Counted from the stretch's first letter, positions 11,101 through 20,028 are shown. The stretch: 64,000 nt of DNA from an uncultured Gemmatimonadaceae bacterium (GCA_963843845.1 CAWJMB010000003.1:64001-128000), one strand, 5' to 3'. Numbers and translations are program-made. The notes: generated by a model from the letters alone, not told the origin.

Positions 11101-11644
11101 AGCGTCCGATCGCGGCGCCGAGTCGCGGCGGGCGGAGCGCGCGGAGGAAGGCGCGCCACCGCTCCTCGTCGGCGAACACGGCGCCTCCGGGCTCGGCGAG
11201 CACGGCGTCGCGGACGAGCCAGAGATTCGCGTCGGCGGTCGCGCCCGGCGGACCGTCGGACGGTGCGTCGCCTGCGAGCAGCTCGGGGTCGAGCCCGGCG
11301 CGCGTGACGAGCGTCGTCTTGCAGCTCCCCGTGCTGCCGGCGACGAGCACGATCGCCTTCGCGTCGAACGTGCCGCGCGGCAGCCGCGCGCGCGCCGTGT
11401 CGATCGCCGTCAGCGCGTCGTCTCCCTCGCGCTGCGCGGCCGCGGGGAGCGGCACGTCCTGGGGGCGCAGGTACCAGGCGAGCGCGGCGGCGGCGATCAG
11501 CCCGAGCGCGACGAGTCCGACCCGCAGCGCGACGCGCTCACCGTCCCCCACCGGCAGGACGGCGCCGAGGAGCCAGGCGGCGAGAAAGAAGACGATGAGG
11601 GCGGCGAGCGCGGCGAACCAGCGCGTGGAGCTGCTACGGGCCAT
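8102..11644 (-). CDS. tssM: T6SS membrane-complex protein TssM/IcmF
   Basis: Two N-terminal TMs; degenerate Walker A GSTGSCKTT; PVYVVFTKAD; LRGFYF; third TM; FPFNP and GEWALFRL C-terminal motifs; 1180 aa. Confidence 0.92.
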   Translation of the reverse strand: MARSSSTRWFAALAALIVFFLAAWLLGAVLPVGDGERVALRVGLVALGLIAAAALAWYLRPQDVPLPAAAQREGDDALTAIDTARARLPRGTFDAKAIVLVAGSTGSCKTTLVTRAGLDPELLAGDAPSDGPPGATADANLWLVRDAVLAEPGGAVFADEERWRAFLRALRPPRLGAAIGRSEAPQRSIVVCVSCELLTAEASAQLDGLAGVTRQRLAAAGRELGMAVPVYVVFTKADRIPSFEAWAGPLTRDEIRPPLGAALPLVGTDARAAGSYAERLVPRIDAAFTSIAASLAKRRVDLLGREAVPERRLTAYELPRELGKLAPLASRFLVEICRPTQLGASPQLRGFYFVGARPIVVGDAPASTPSTPAAGGARATVAFARPNVAAAAPAASGGRRVPQWAFLERLFPDVVFADPAAAALAGGGTRVATLRRALLGTGIAAALAVAVGVTTSWIGNRSLAARTASAARAVAALPTVTAAPGTIALPSSAALGTLDALRGVLDTLRSYETGGVPLRLRWGLWRGGALFAEGRQIWLDGYRKQLHDVAWTALVDSLRALPDVPRPTDDYGRDYAALKGYLETTAEPARATPDFLAPVLLDAWRRGQAVDADLLAVARRQFAFYASELPRGNPWPQAADAALVNRVRTFLGGFAGAERIYQNMLTEGSATAKPARLADLAPQAAGVVNAPDVAGAFTAAGWKFMQDAFRNADKYFQGERWVVGDATAAQAQDKDRVVAEIRTRYRNDYVQQWRSYLNGVSVARGGSMKDAAQRLGTLGGAQSPLLAALSLAARNTAVDSGITAAFQPVHVVTNPAVLDKFVDEGNQPYVNALLALQGTIEQVANMPPATDTASAMQVAQAGQQALGKSADAKTAARQLAAKFNADSAAAQIGPTVATLLVAPIDAAEGSLRGVAATRPPTRRVVAGGGGGGGAAGAPVGGGAPNAAALAKVLGERGRTLCEQLAPMLAKFPFNPDASADATIEEVKAALAPNTGALWAFQQERLNGVLEKQGNKWVPVATSPVALSQQFVDFFNRAAAASSGLFPAGAETPRVVVRARTVPTDKAPEIILRQGTQEARFAKNSPPQEFVWPSTTGRQASLGFERKRALSRDARRTIATANGEWALFRLVAQATKSDGTHAEWNNADAGKIAFDFEYENGAPVLSRGWLGGMTCTPQVTR

Positions 11645-11656
11645 GGGAGGTCACGA

Positions 11657-11721
11657 GGTGCCTGACTGGTGCCTGACGGTGCCTGACTGGTGCCTGACTG
11701 GTGCCTAACGAGTGCCTAACG
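11657..11721. repeat. Tandem ~11-bp repeat (GTGCCTRAC core) x6 at the tssL-tssM junction
   Basis: GCCTGAC at 11660, 11671, 11681, 11692; GCCTAACG at 11703, 11714. Confidence 0.9.
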
Positions 11722-12442
11722 GAGTGCGACGCCGCGCAGCGACAGCGCGCCGGCACCCCACAGCGCGGCGGCGAGCACGACGCTCGCGGCGAGGCCGACG
11801 ACGAGGCGACGGACCCACGGGTCGCGGCCGACGACCGCGTCGTTCAACGGCCGCCAGCCGGGGGCCAGCTCGGCGCCCGCGCCGCCGCGCGCCGCCCGCG
11901 CCGCCGCGCAACCGCGCCACGCGCTCGCCGATGCGTGACGTGTACGCGTGCAGCGCGCCGGGATCACTCGTGCCGTAGCGCCCGCGGAAGCCGAGGAGCA
12001 GACAGAGCTCGTGCACCTCGAGCAGATCGGCGAGCGCCGGCGTGTCGGGGCGGGCGAGCAGTTGATCGACGTTCTGGAAGAACCACTCGCCGGCGAGGTG
12101 GGAGCCGAACAGCTCCTCCTGCAGGGGGCGGCGCGCCCAGTCGGCGAGCGCGGGCTGGCGCGCGCTGAGGGCGCTCTCGTCGAGCAGCGCGACGACGGCG
12201 AACACGCCGAGGCGTACGTCGTTCGGGTCGTAGCCGGCCGAGCGCGACTCCTGGTCGGCGCGCGTCAGCAGCCCGTGCATGTGCGTGCGGAATGCCGCAG
12301 CGTCGGTGATCGGCTGGCGGTCCGCGCGGAGCCGCGTCACGGCCGTCAGCGCCTCTTGCAGCGCCAGGGCGAGCAGTCCGGTGCCGATCGTCAGCGGGGG
12401 GGACGCGGGCGCGGTCGCGGGCGCGGTCGCGGGTGCGGTCAT
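11716..12442 (-). CDS. tssL: T6SS TssL/DotU (one frameshift before the C-terminal TM; no OmpA domain)
   Basis: FAVVALLDES, WARRPLQEELF..AGEWFF, LCLLLGFRGRY; TM helix continues in ORF 11716..11967. Confidence 0.88.
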
Positions 12443-12445
12443 GGC

Positions 12446-13909
12446 TCAGGGAGTAAGGACGGCCAACTCGAGATACACGCCGGGAAGGCCATCGGGGACG
12501 TAGACACCGATCTCGCGCGTGTCGCGCAACCCCTGCGCGCAGGGGCCGGCGAGCGCGAGCTCGAAGTAGACGAGCTCCGCGCGCGGCGCGAGCCCGGGCG
12601 GCGGGGCGGGGACGTAGTCGAGGGGGAGGCCGGGGAACGCGCGGCGCACGAGCTCGAGGACGTACTTGCTCGCGCACACCTTCGTCAGCTGCGGCACGCG
12701 CGCCACCGTCTCCGCCGCGCCGTACGCCGAGCGTGCGCCGAGAAACCAGCGCGCGCCGGGCTCGAAGCAACGTGGGTCGGTGATCGTGGCGGAGTGCAGC
12801 ACGTCGGTCGACGGCGCGAGCGGCACGACGATCGCTCGCGACGCGACGACGACGTCGAGGTGCGAGCGCAGGTGCCGCTCGACCGCCGCGAAGCACCCGC
12901 CGAGGTCGTCGTGCGTGTACAGCGGCAGGTCGCGCGGCGTCGTCGTGAGCGAGAACGTGCAGAGTGCGCCGCTCAGCCGCATGAGTTCCGTCCAGAGGCG
13001 CTCGGGGTGCGCGCTTCGCGTCCCGAGCAGGTGCCGCAGCGGCGCCTCGGCCGATCGCACGGCGTGCAGGAGCCAGCGCGTCGCGATCTCGTTGCCGCCG
13101 TACGCGGACGGGGCCGCGGCCCCCGACACGCCGGCCGGCGCCCCGCCCGACGCGGTGCCTGCCGTGTCGCCCAACGGAGCGACCGACGCCGCAAGGGCCG
13201 CCCCTTTCGCCTCGAGCATCCCGACGACGCCGCGCAGCAGCGCGACGAGGCGATCGCTGGCGCCGAACTGGAGACAGGGCGGTACGAAGTCGGGGTCGAG
13301 CACGAAGTGGCCGGCGCCGTCGCGGCGCACGCGGGCGATCGGGAGCGAGACGTCGTCGGCCGTCAGCTCCTCGTCGAGCGCGAGGCGGAGCTGTTTCGCG
13401 GCGAAGCGGATACGCGCGGCGTCGAGCCCGGTCGTCTCGTCGACGACGTCGCGAACGACGGCGGCGAAGCGGCGTGCGCCGAAGGCCGATGCGCCGAAGG
13501 CCGAGGCGCCGAAGGCCGAGGGGTCGGCGTACCCCGTCGCGTCGTCGGCGACGTTCGGCGTGTCGTCGCGCCAGCGGGGGAGCGCCAGGTGCACGACGTG
13601 TGCGTCACGCGTCGGCGAGAAGCGCGGCCCGAGCGGCTGCGGCGGCGGCGCGGCGTCTCCCTCGGGAACGAGAATCGCCGTGCCGTCGGGGAGGAGGCCG
13701 TGCGCGTGGCGGAGCGAGAGCGTGCCGTTCGCGAGCGCGTCGGCGTCGAGCGCGACCGCGGTGACGCCGTACGCGAACGGGAACAGGCCGTCGAGCGCGA
13801 GCGCGAGGCCGTCCTCGACGTAGCGCCGCTGCGCCTGGAAGTGCTGCGGTGCGATGAACATCCCCTCCTCCCACACGACGCGGGCCGGGGGGCGCAACGA
13901 AAGACGCAT
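12446..13909 (-). CDS. tssK: T6SS baseplate TssK (copy 1)
   Basis: VVWEEGMFIAPQHFQAQ, DPDFVPPCL, HPERLW, LVYFEL..YVPDGLP; real start MRLSL at 13909 inside ORF 12446..15550. Confidence 0.92.
   Translation of the reverse strand: MRLSLRPPARVVWEEGMFIAPQHFQAQRRYVEDGLALALDGLFPFAYGVTAVALDADALANGTLSLRHAHGLLPDGTAILVPEGDAAPPPQPLGPRFSPTRDAHVVHLALPRWRDDTPNVADDATGYADPSAFGASAFGASAFGARRFAAVVRDVVDETTGLDAARIRFAAKQLRLALDEELTADDVSLPIARVRRDGAGHFVLDPDFVPPCLQFGASDRLVALLRGVVGMLEAKGAALAASVAPLGDTAGTASGGAPAGVSGAAAPSAYGGNEIATRWLLHAVRSAEAPLRHLLGTRSAHPERLWTELMRLSGALCTFSLTTTPRDLPLYTHDDLGGCFAAVERHLRSHLDVVVASRAIVVPLAPSTDVLHSATITDPRCFEPGARWFLGARSAYGAAETVARVPQLTKVCASKYVLELVRRAFPGLPLDYVPAPPPGLAPRAELVYFELALAGPCAQGLRDTREIGVYVPDGLPGVYLELAVLTP
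13476..13520. repeat. 15-bp tandem repeat x3 encoding (SAFGA)3 in TssK1
   Basis: GCGCCGAAGGCCGAK three times. Confidence 0.85.
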
Positions 13910-14086
13910 GAGGAGAGAGACGCGGCGGCGATGGCGCGAAAGCGACGCGGACGCAGGCGCCGAACGACCGGGTGGTGCGATTGCGCCGGCGCAGGCGGCG
14001 GGTGAACAATAGACGTCCGCCGTCGCCGACTGCGCAACCTCGCCGCACTCTCGACGGCGTCCCGACACGGCCTTCTCGCGCTCGTG

Positions 14087-15790
14087 ATGAACAGCGACGA
14101 CTTCAACGCCCGCTACCGACTGCTGAAGTGCGTCGCCGTGAACGACGGCGTGCGGACGCACAACGCCCAGGAGACGCAGACCGGCCGCGTCGTCATGGTC
14201 CACATCGTCGACGACGCGGGGCCGGACGAGGAACAGCAGCTGCGCGAGGCGATGGCGCGCCTGTCGTCGGCGGATCAGGCGCGCATCCACGAGACAGCCT
14301 CGCTCACCGCCGGCTTCGCTGTCGTCACCGAGTTCCTCGGCGGGATGCGGTCGTTTCCGGAATGGTTGGCGACGCGCGCGGTGAGCGCGCCGTCCGCTCC
14401 CGCCGCGCCGCCGCCGTCGCCGATGTCGGCGCCTCCGGTGGGCCCGCCTCCCTCGTCGGTCCCGCCGCGTCCGGACGGCGAGCGGCTCACCCCCGAGGCG
14501 TTCGGCTTCTCCGTCGGCGGGTCCGCGCCGGCAGGCGGTGAGGCGACGCGGCTCATCATCGTCGGCGGGCAGCGGAAGGACGAGCTGTCGTCGCCCGACG
14601 CGGCATCGCAGGCGACGGCATCCCCTGTCGTCGAGTCGCCGACGGCTGAATCCGCGGCGCCCGACGTTCCGACGCGTGACGTGCCGGCGGCCGACGTGCC
14701 GCCGGCCGACGTGCCGGCGGCCGACGTACTCGCGACGGACTCGGGAGCTCCGAGCCCGGCCCACGCCGCGCCGCCGCCGCCCGATCCGCAGTCGGCGCCG
14801 CCCGCGAAGACGCCCGGCGAGTTCACGCGCATGTTCCAGTCGCTCGAAGCGCCGATGGTCTCGCCGCCGCCGAGCGCCGCGCCGCCCGCACCGGTGGCGC
14901 CGCCGCCGCCGCCACCACTCCCGCCGGTCGTGTCGCCGCCCGTGGCGCCGGCCGCGCCGCAGCCTGCGCCCGCGCCGTCGCTCGCGCCCGGGGAGTTCAC
15001 GCGGATGTTTCAGCAGTTGACGCCGCCGAGCGGGCCGAGCGCACCGTCGCCGTTCGTGCCGCCGGCTCCGAACCCGGCGCCGCTGACGCCACCGCCGCTC
15101 CCGTCCTCGCTCCCTCCGTTGCCGCCGCTGCCGTCCTCGCCGTCGATGGGGTCGTCGGCGGTCGTGCCGCCGCTGCCGCCGCTGCCGCCGCTCGCGCCGC
15201 CGTCGGTGTCGTCCGCCGCGAGTCCGGTACCGAGCGCCCCGGCGTTCGCGCCACTGCCGCCGCTGCCCCCGCTGTCGCCCCCGGCCGCTCCACCGCCGGC
15301 TCCGACGCTCCCGCCCGCGCTCCCCGAGATGCCATCGGTCGGGGCCCCGCCGGCGGCCAGCTTCGGCGGACTTCCTCCCCTCCCGCCGATGCCGCCGCTC
15401 GGCGCGCCCTCCGGTTCCGGGCCGTCGGCTGCCTCGTCGCCATTCGGGGCCCCCCCTGCGCCGGCGGGCGGGAGCGAGTACACGCGGATGATTCGTCAGT
15501 CGACGATGCCGGCTCCCCCGTCGCCGACCCCCGCTCCGGCGCCCGCCCACCGCGCCGAACCGGCCCCGCGGCGCACGACACCGATCGCGCTCGTCATCGT
15601 GCTCGCCGTCGTGGCCGTGCTGACGATCGCGCTCGTGCTCTACTTCGCGTTCCGTCCCGCGCCGCCGACCGCGTTGCCGGCCACGCGACCGAGCGGACTG
15701 CCGACCGTTCCGGCCGCCCCTGCCGCGCCGTCGCTGCCCGCCGCCCCGGGCGGGGCGCCGGCGGCGTCACCAGCTCCGACCCCGCCCTGA
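14087..15790 (+). CDS. Pro-rich membrane-anchored protein with degenerate kinase N-lobe and ExTR(M/L) repeats
   Basis: N-terminus RYRLLKCV..GRVVMVHIV..VVTEFL; PGEFTRMF x2, SEYTRMI, GEATRLI; TM IALVIVLAVVAVLTIALVLYFAF. Confidence 0.75.
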   Translation: MNSDDFNARYRLLKCVAVNDGVRTHNAQETQTGRVVMVHIVDDAGPDEEQQLREAMARLSSADQARIHETASLTAGFAVVTEFLGGMRSFPEWLATRAVSAPSAPAAPPPSPMSAPPVGPPPSSVPPRPDGERLTPEAFGFSVGGSAPAGGEATRLIIVGGQRKDELSSPDAASQATASPVVESPTAESAAPDVPTRDVPAADVPPADVPAADVLATDSGAPSPAHAAPPPPDPQSAPPAKTPGEFTRMFQSLEAPMVSPPPSAAPPAPVAPPPPPPLPPVVSPPVAPAAPQPAPAPSLAPGEFTRMFQQLTPPSGPSAPSPFVPPAPNPAPLTPPPLPSSLPPLPPLPSSPSMGSSAVVPPLPPLPPLAPPSVSSAASPVPSAPAFAPLPPLPPLSPPAAPPPAPTLPPALPEMPSVGAPPAASFGGLPPLPPMPPLGAPSGSGPSAASSPFGAPPAPAGGSEYTRMIRQSTMPAPPSPTPAPAPAHRAEPAPRRTTPIALVIVLAVVAVLTIALVLYFAFRPAPPTALPATRPSGLPTVPAAPAAPSLPAAPGGAPAASPAPTPP

Positions 15791-15944
15791 TCGCGTCGCC
15801 TGGACAGCACGCCACGCCGTCTTTCCCCGTCTGCGTTTTCGGCTCCGCATCACCGCCGCATCGCTGCGGTTCGACCGCAGCGATGCGGCGGTGGAACCAC
15901 GGTCAGGCGGAGTCGGCACCACGAGCGAGTGCGGCGCTCGATGC

Positions 15945-17297
15945 CTACCGCAGCACGACCACCAGCTCGAGCTGCGCCTCGCCCAATTCCGCCGGCACGT
16001 ACACCGCGAGATTTCGCGCCCGCGCCACCGACTCCCACGCCGATCCGGCGCGCCCGATCGCGAAGTACAGATAGTCGAGTTTGACCGGCACCCCGCCTGG
16101 TGGATTCGCGACGTGCGTCAGCTCGAGCCCGGCGAGCGCCTGCCGGATCAGCGTGTCGACGACGTCCGCCGACCCGACCTTGCACCCATGCAGCACGCGC
16201 GGCACGAGGTCCGACTGGCGCAGCGGTGAGCGCACGGCGAGGTACCACTGCGGCGCCGTCAGCAGCCGCTCCTGGTCGATCGCGACGGCGTGAATCCCTG
16301 CCCGCACCGGCCGCAGCGGCAGCGCGATCGCGTTCTCCGGCACCGCCGTGTCGAGCAGCTCGAGCACCCGCGCCTCGAGCGCCGCGAACCGCTCGCCGAG
16401 TCGGAGATGGTCGTAGAGGGGCAGCGGTGCGGCGGCCGGGGCGAAGGTCGTGAGCGCGCCGGCGAGCGCCACGAGCGCCTCCCACAGCTCCGACGGGTGG
16501 CCTCCGCGCACCTCGTGCAGGTGGCGCAGGACCGGCAGGTGCGTGTTCAGCGTGTAGAGCAGCCAGAAGCTCGCGATGTCGGTGACGGAGAAGTCGGCGA
16601 GTCCCTGATTGCGCTGGCGCCTCGCCCCCGAGAGCGCTCCCGCCTTCGCCGTGGCCCGCTCGACGAGACGCCGCGCGATGTCGTTCAGCGTGGCGCTCGC
16701 CCGGACGTCGAGCAGCGGCGGGATGAACGCGGGGTCGAGCGAGACGGCGCCGTTCGCCGCGCGGAGCAGTCGCGCGACGGGCATCGTGACGAACCCCTCG
16801 CCGCTCTCCCCCTCGAGCAGCAGTCGCAGATTCGCCCGCGCCACCTGGATCGGGCGCTCCGCCAGCCCCGTCGTCTCGTCCCGCGCGAGCTGCTCGTCGG
16901 CGCGCCAGCGCGCGGTCGCCGTCGCGCCGCTGTCGAGCGCGTCTCGGCGGGCGACGTTGCGCGCGGCGGCGCGGTACTCGGGGACGCCGATCGACACGAG
17001 CATCGCGCGCTGATCCTGCTGCCACGCCGCCTCGATCGCCCGTGGCGGTGGCGGCGGATCCGTCGACACGTCGAACAGCAGCCCGTCCGGAAAGCGCCCC
17101 TCGGCCGCGCCGAGGACGAGCGTGCCGCCGGCGAGCGCTTCGCGGTCGATCGTCAGGCGCGACACCCCCCACGGCGCGAAGGCCACCGCGCCGAGCTGCA
17201 CGCGGAGCAGCTCGTCGAAGTAGTGGTCGTGGGCCTGCAGGTGCTGGGGCGTCAGCAGCGTGCCCTTGGACCAGAGCACGGGGTGGAGAGATGGCAT
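15945..17297 (-). CDS. tssK: T6SS baseplate TssK (copy 2)
   Basis: VLWSKGTLLTPQHLQ, LDPAFIPPLL, HPSELW, YLYFAI..LAVYVP; 450 aa. Confidence 0.92.
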   Translation of the reverse strand: MPSLHPVLWSKGTLLTPQHLQAHDHYFDELLRVQLGAVAFAPWGVSRLTIDREALAGGTLVLGAAEGRFPDGLLFDVSTDPPPPPRAIEAAWQQDQRAMLVSIGVPEYRAAARNVARRDALDSGATATARWRADEQLARDETTGLAERPIQVARANLRLLLEGESGEGFVTMPVARLLRAANGAVSLDPAFIPPLLDVRASATLNDIARRLVERATAKAGALSGARRQRNQGLADFSVTDIASFWLLYTLNTHLPVLRHLHEVRGGHPSELWEALVALAGALTTFAPAAAPLPLYDHLRLGERFAALEARVLELLDTAVPENAIALPLRPVRAGIHAVAIDQERLLTAPQWYLAVRSPLRQSDLVPRVLHGCKVGSADVVDTLIRQALAGLELTHVANPPGGVPVKLDYLYFAIGRAGSAWESVARARNLAVYVPAELGEAQLELVVVLR

Positions 17298-17508
17298 GGC
17301 AGGAACGTATTGCCGCGGACGTCCGATGCCAGCGGACGAGGCAGAGTCCTGCGCCCGTCACCGTCGAGTCACCCCAACGTCACCGACGTCGAGTGCCGCG
17401 CGCTGGCGAGGATGCGAACGCGTCGACATACTCTGCCGCTTCTCGAGACCGGTCAATCGGCTCGTCGAGCGGCCGCCTTCTCACCAACACCACCCAGGAG
17501 TCGCCCCG

Positions 17509-18390
17509 ATGTTCGATTGGCGAACGTTCATGCAGCACGTGACGAATGCGAACCCGCAGTTCAGCGCGAAGCACAGTTCGCTGAAGCACCTCATCTTCGC
17601 GCTCGAACGGCCGCTGTCGAAGGTCAAGCCCGGGTGGGTGATCGACGCGCTCGTGAAGCTGAAGCCCGCGAAGCGGGCGCAGTACCAGGCCGCGGTCAAC
17701 TACGTCTGGGCGAACATCCCGAACCTCCCGCCGACCGCCGTGCCGCAGGGCGCCGTCGTCACGAACTTTCGGCAGACCTTCAAAGAGTACAGAGCGACCG
17801 ACCAGGCGTACGCGGGCTACGACCTCAACAACCTCGCGACGCCGCCGGTGTTCGTGCAGGGGCTCAAGAAGCACCACTTCATCTTCACGCTGAAGTGGGA
17901 AAGCAGCGATGGCAACCTGGCGTCGCTCGCCACCGTGTACACGCGCGAGCACGTGCAGTTCTTGAGCGACCCGACGCAGCCGCCGTTCAACTACATCTAC
18001 CAGACGTTCAAGGACCAGCACCCGACCCTGGGATTCTCCCAGCCCGACAAGGGAGGGAACCCCGCGAACGGCGGCAGTAACGACGACGATCACAGCTCGT
18101 CGGATCCGCGCGTGCTCGTGTCGAACCCGCGGCAGGTCGGGATGCTCGTGGCCCACCAGTCGTACCAGTACAACTCGACCGACACCCAGCGCGACGACCA
18201 CTGGATCGACATTCCCAACGGGCAGTTCCTGCTCCAGCGCTCCGTGTTGCGCCGCGGCAACGACTGGTACTTCCGATTCGGGAAGATCAATGCGGAGGAG
18301 AACGTCAACAAGTTCCGCTACGCGCACGACGTGAAGATCGAGCCGACCGGGCCGATGGTGCCGCGCGTGCTGAAAGACCTGACGCTCTGA
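17509..18390 (+). CDS. Hypothetical protein (293 aa), candidate T6SS effector
   Basis: AGGAG RBS then ATG at 17509; N/K/F/Y-rich globular composition with strong GC3 codon bias; no signal peptide. Confidence 0.75.
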   Translation: MFDWRTFMQHVTNANPQFSAKHSSLKHLIFALERPLSKVKPGWVIDALVKLKPAKRAQYQAAVNYVWANIPNLPPTAVPQGAVVTNFRQTFKEYRATDQAYAGYDLNNLATPPVFVQGLKKHHFIFTLKWESSDGNLASLATVYTREHVQFLSDPTQPPFNYIYQTFKDQHPTLGFSQPDKGGNPANGGSNDDDHSSSDPRVLVSNPRQVGMLVAHQSYQYNSTDTQRDDHWIDIPNGQFLLQRSVLRRGNDWYFRFGKINAEENVNKFRYAHDVKIEPTGPMVPRVLKDLTL

Positions 18391-18417
18391 CGTGTCACGC
18401 GCGCTCCGCCCCGGCTG

Positions 18418-20028
18418 ATGCCGACCGCCGTTTCCGTCGCGCCGAGCGCGACCCCCGCCCTGCCGCCGCTCCGCATCGAGCCGCACGACGCGTTCGGCGT
18501 CGTGCACGCGCTGTTCACCAGCGCGCCGTTCGACGAGCGCGCCGTCGCCGCGCGGCTCGGCATCTCCTCCATGGTCGAGTTGTCCGAGCGCACGCCGTAC
18601 GTGCCGCTCGACGAGGCGACGGCCGACGCGACCGAGCTCCTGATCCGCCTGTTCGTCGACCGCGCCGAGCACCCGCGCGCGCTCGCCGCGCGCCTGTTCG
18701 GGGTCGAGGGTGTGCGTGCGCTCGAAGACGTGGGTCTGCTCGTCGGCGACCCCGTCGACGGCACCGCGCGTGGCGACGCGGTCCGCGCGACGGTCATGGT
18801 GCACCCGGTCGACGACGTGTGGATCGCGTCCGACTGGGTGTCGGGAGCGATGATCGTCAGCGGAGCGCTCGCGAGCGATCACGTGTTCAGCGCGAGCAAC
18901 AATCTCACGAAGCGGTATCTCGACTTCGTTCCCGACGCGCCCGGCGGACGATTTCTCGAGCTCTGTTCGGCGACGGGGATCGCTGCGATCCGCGCCGTCG
19001 TGCGCGGGGCCGCGGAGGCGTGGGCGACCGACGTGGTGCCGCGCTGTCTGCACTTCATGCGCTTCAACGCGCTGCTCAACGGGGTCGGCGCCCGCGTGAC
19101 CGTGCTCGCGAGCGACGTGTGGGCGGCGCTCGACGGCGAGACGTTCGACGTGATCGCCGCGCACCCGCCCTACGTGCCCGCGCTGGATCACCAGTACGAC
19201 TACCGGGACGGCGGCGGCGACGGCGAGCAGATCACGCGCCGCATCTTCGAGGGGCTCGCGCCGCACCTGCGTCCCGGCGGACGGTGCGTGGTACGGGCCG
19301 GGCTGACGGAACGCAGCGACGCCCCGATCGCGCAGCGCGTGCGCGGGTGGCTCGACGCGAGCGATGCGGGACGCGCGCTCGATGTCGCTGCGCTCGAGGA
19401 CGGCGTGTATGGCGCCGTCGAGGCGTACCGCGCCACGCAGCGGCAGCGAGGCTACCGCGGGATCGAGCGGTGGCTCGAGCACTTCGACGCGCTCGGCATC
19501 CGCCATTTCGCGCTCTGTACCGTCGAGGCGCGGCGTTCCGCGTCGGCGGACGACACGAGCGAGCACACGCCGCCGGCGCCCCGCGCCCCGCTGACGGCGC
19601 GCGCCTCGGCCGGCCCCGTCTCCGACGGGCGCACGCTCGATTGGCAGTTCCGGTGGGCGCGCTACGTGGCGACGGGGCCGGACGCGGAGTCCCGCCTGCG
19701 CGACGAGCGGCCGCGCGTGTCGCCGGACGTGCGGGTCACGGTGCAGCTGCAGATCGATGCGCAGGGCGACTGGCACACCGTCGGTGCGACGGCGGAGACG
19801 GTGTGGCCGTCGCACGGCGTCGTGAAGTTGCCGCCGCTCGCACCGACGATGCTCGAGCTCTACGACGGCACGCGCGGCGTCGCCGACGTGCTCGCGGGGC
19901 TGCGCGGGGCGGAGCTCGTCGACGCGGACGTGACGACCGCGCACGTCGCGGCGATCACGGAGAAGCTGGCCGAGGCCGGCGTGCTCACGCTCGCGCGGTG
20001 CCCGCCGCCCCCGCGCGACGCTACTTGA
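18418..20028 (+). CDS. Class I SAM-dependent methyltransferase (PrmC/MTS-like) with C-terminal PqqD/winged-helix-like domain
   Basis: FLELCSATGIAA, FDVIAAHPPYVP, DGGGDGEQI; tail LELYDGTRGVADV..ITEKLAEAGVL. Confidence 0.8.
   Translation: MPTAVSVAPSATPALPPLRIEPHDAFGVVHALFTSAPFDERAVAARLGISSMVELSERTPYVPLDEATADATELLIRLFVDRAEHPRALAARLFGVEGVRALEDVGLLVGDPVDGTARGDAVRATVMVHPVDDVWIASDWVSGAMIVSGALASDHVFSASNNLTKRYLDFVPDAPGGRFLELCSATGIAAIRAVVRGAAEAWATDVVPRCLHFMRFNALLNGVGARVTVLASDVWAALDGETFDVIAAHPPYVPALDHQYDYRDGGGDGEQITRRIFEGLAPHLRPGGRCVVRAGLTERSDAPIAQRVRGWLDASDAGRALDVAALEDGVYGAVEAYRATQRQRGYRGIERWLEHFDALGIRHFALCTVEARRSASADDTSEHTPPAPRAPLTARASAGPVSDGRTLDWQFRWARYVATGPDAESRLRDERPRVSPDVRVTVQLQIDAQGDWHTVGATAETVWPSHGVVKLPPLAPTMLELYDGTRGVADVLAGLRGAELVDADVTTAHVAAITEKLAEAGVLTLARCPPPPRDAT

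Noticed and set aside
11657..11721. Repeat array as a CRISPR
   Set aside because: Units are ~11 bp with no unique spacers, and no cas genes are present
13910..15550. 1034-aa ORF implying a long N-terminal extension on TssK1
   Set aside because: The extension is the Arg/Gly-rich antisense shadow of the Pro-rich gene; TssK homology starts at 13909
17297..17313. Sigma54 promoter (TGGCAG...TTGC) in the tssK2/orphan divergent region
   Set aside because: GG-to-GC spacing is 12 nt rather than 10
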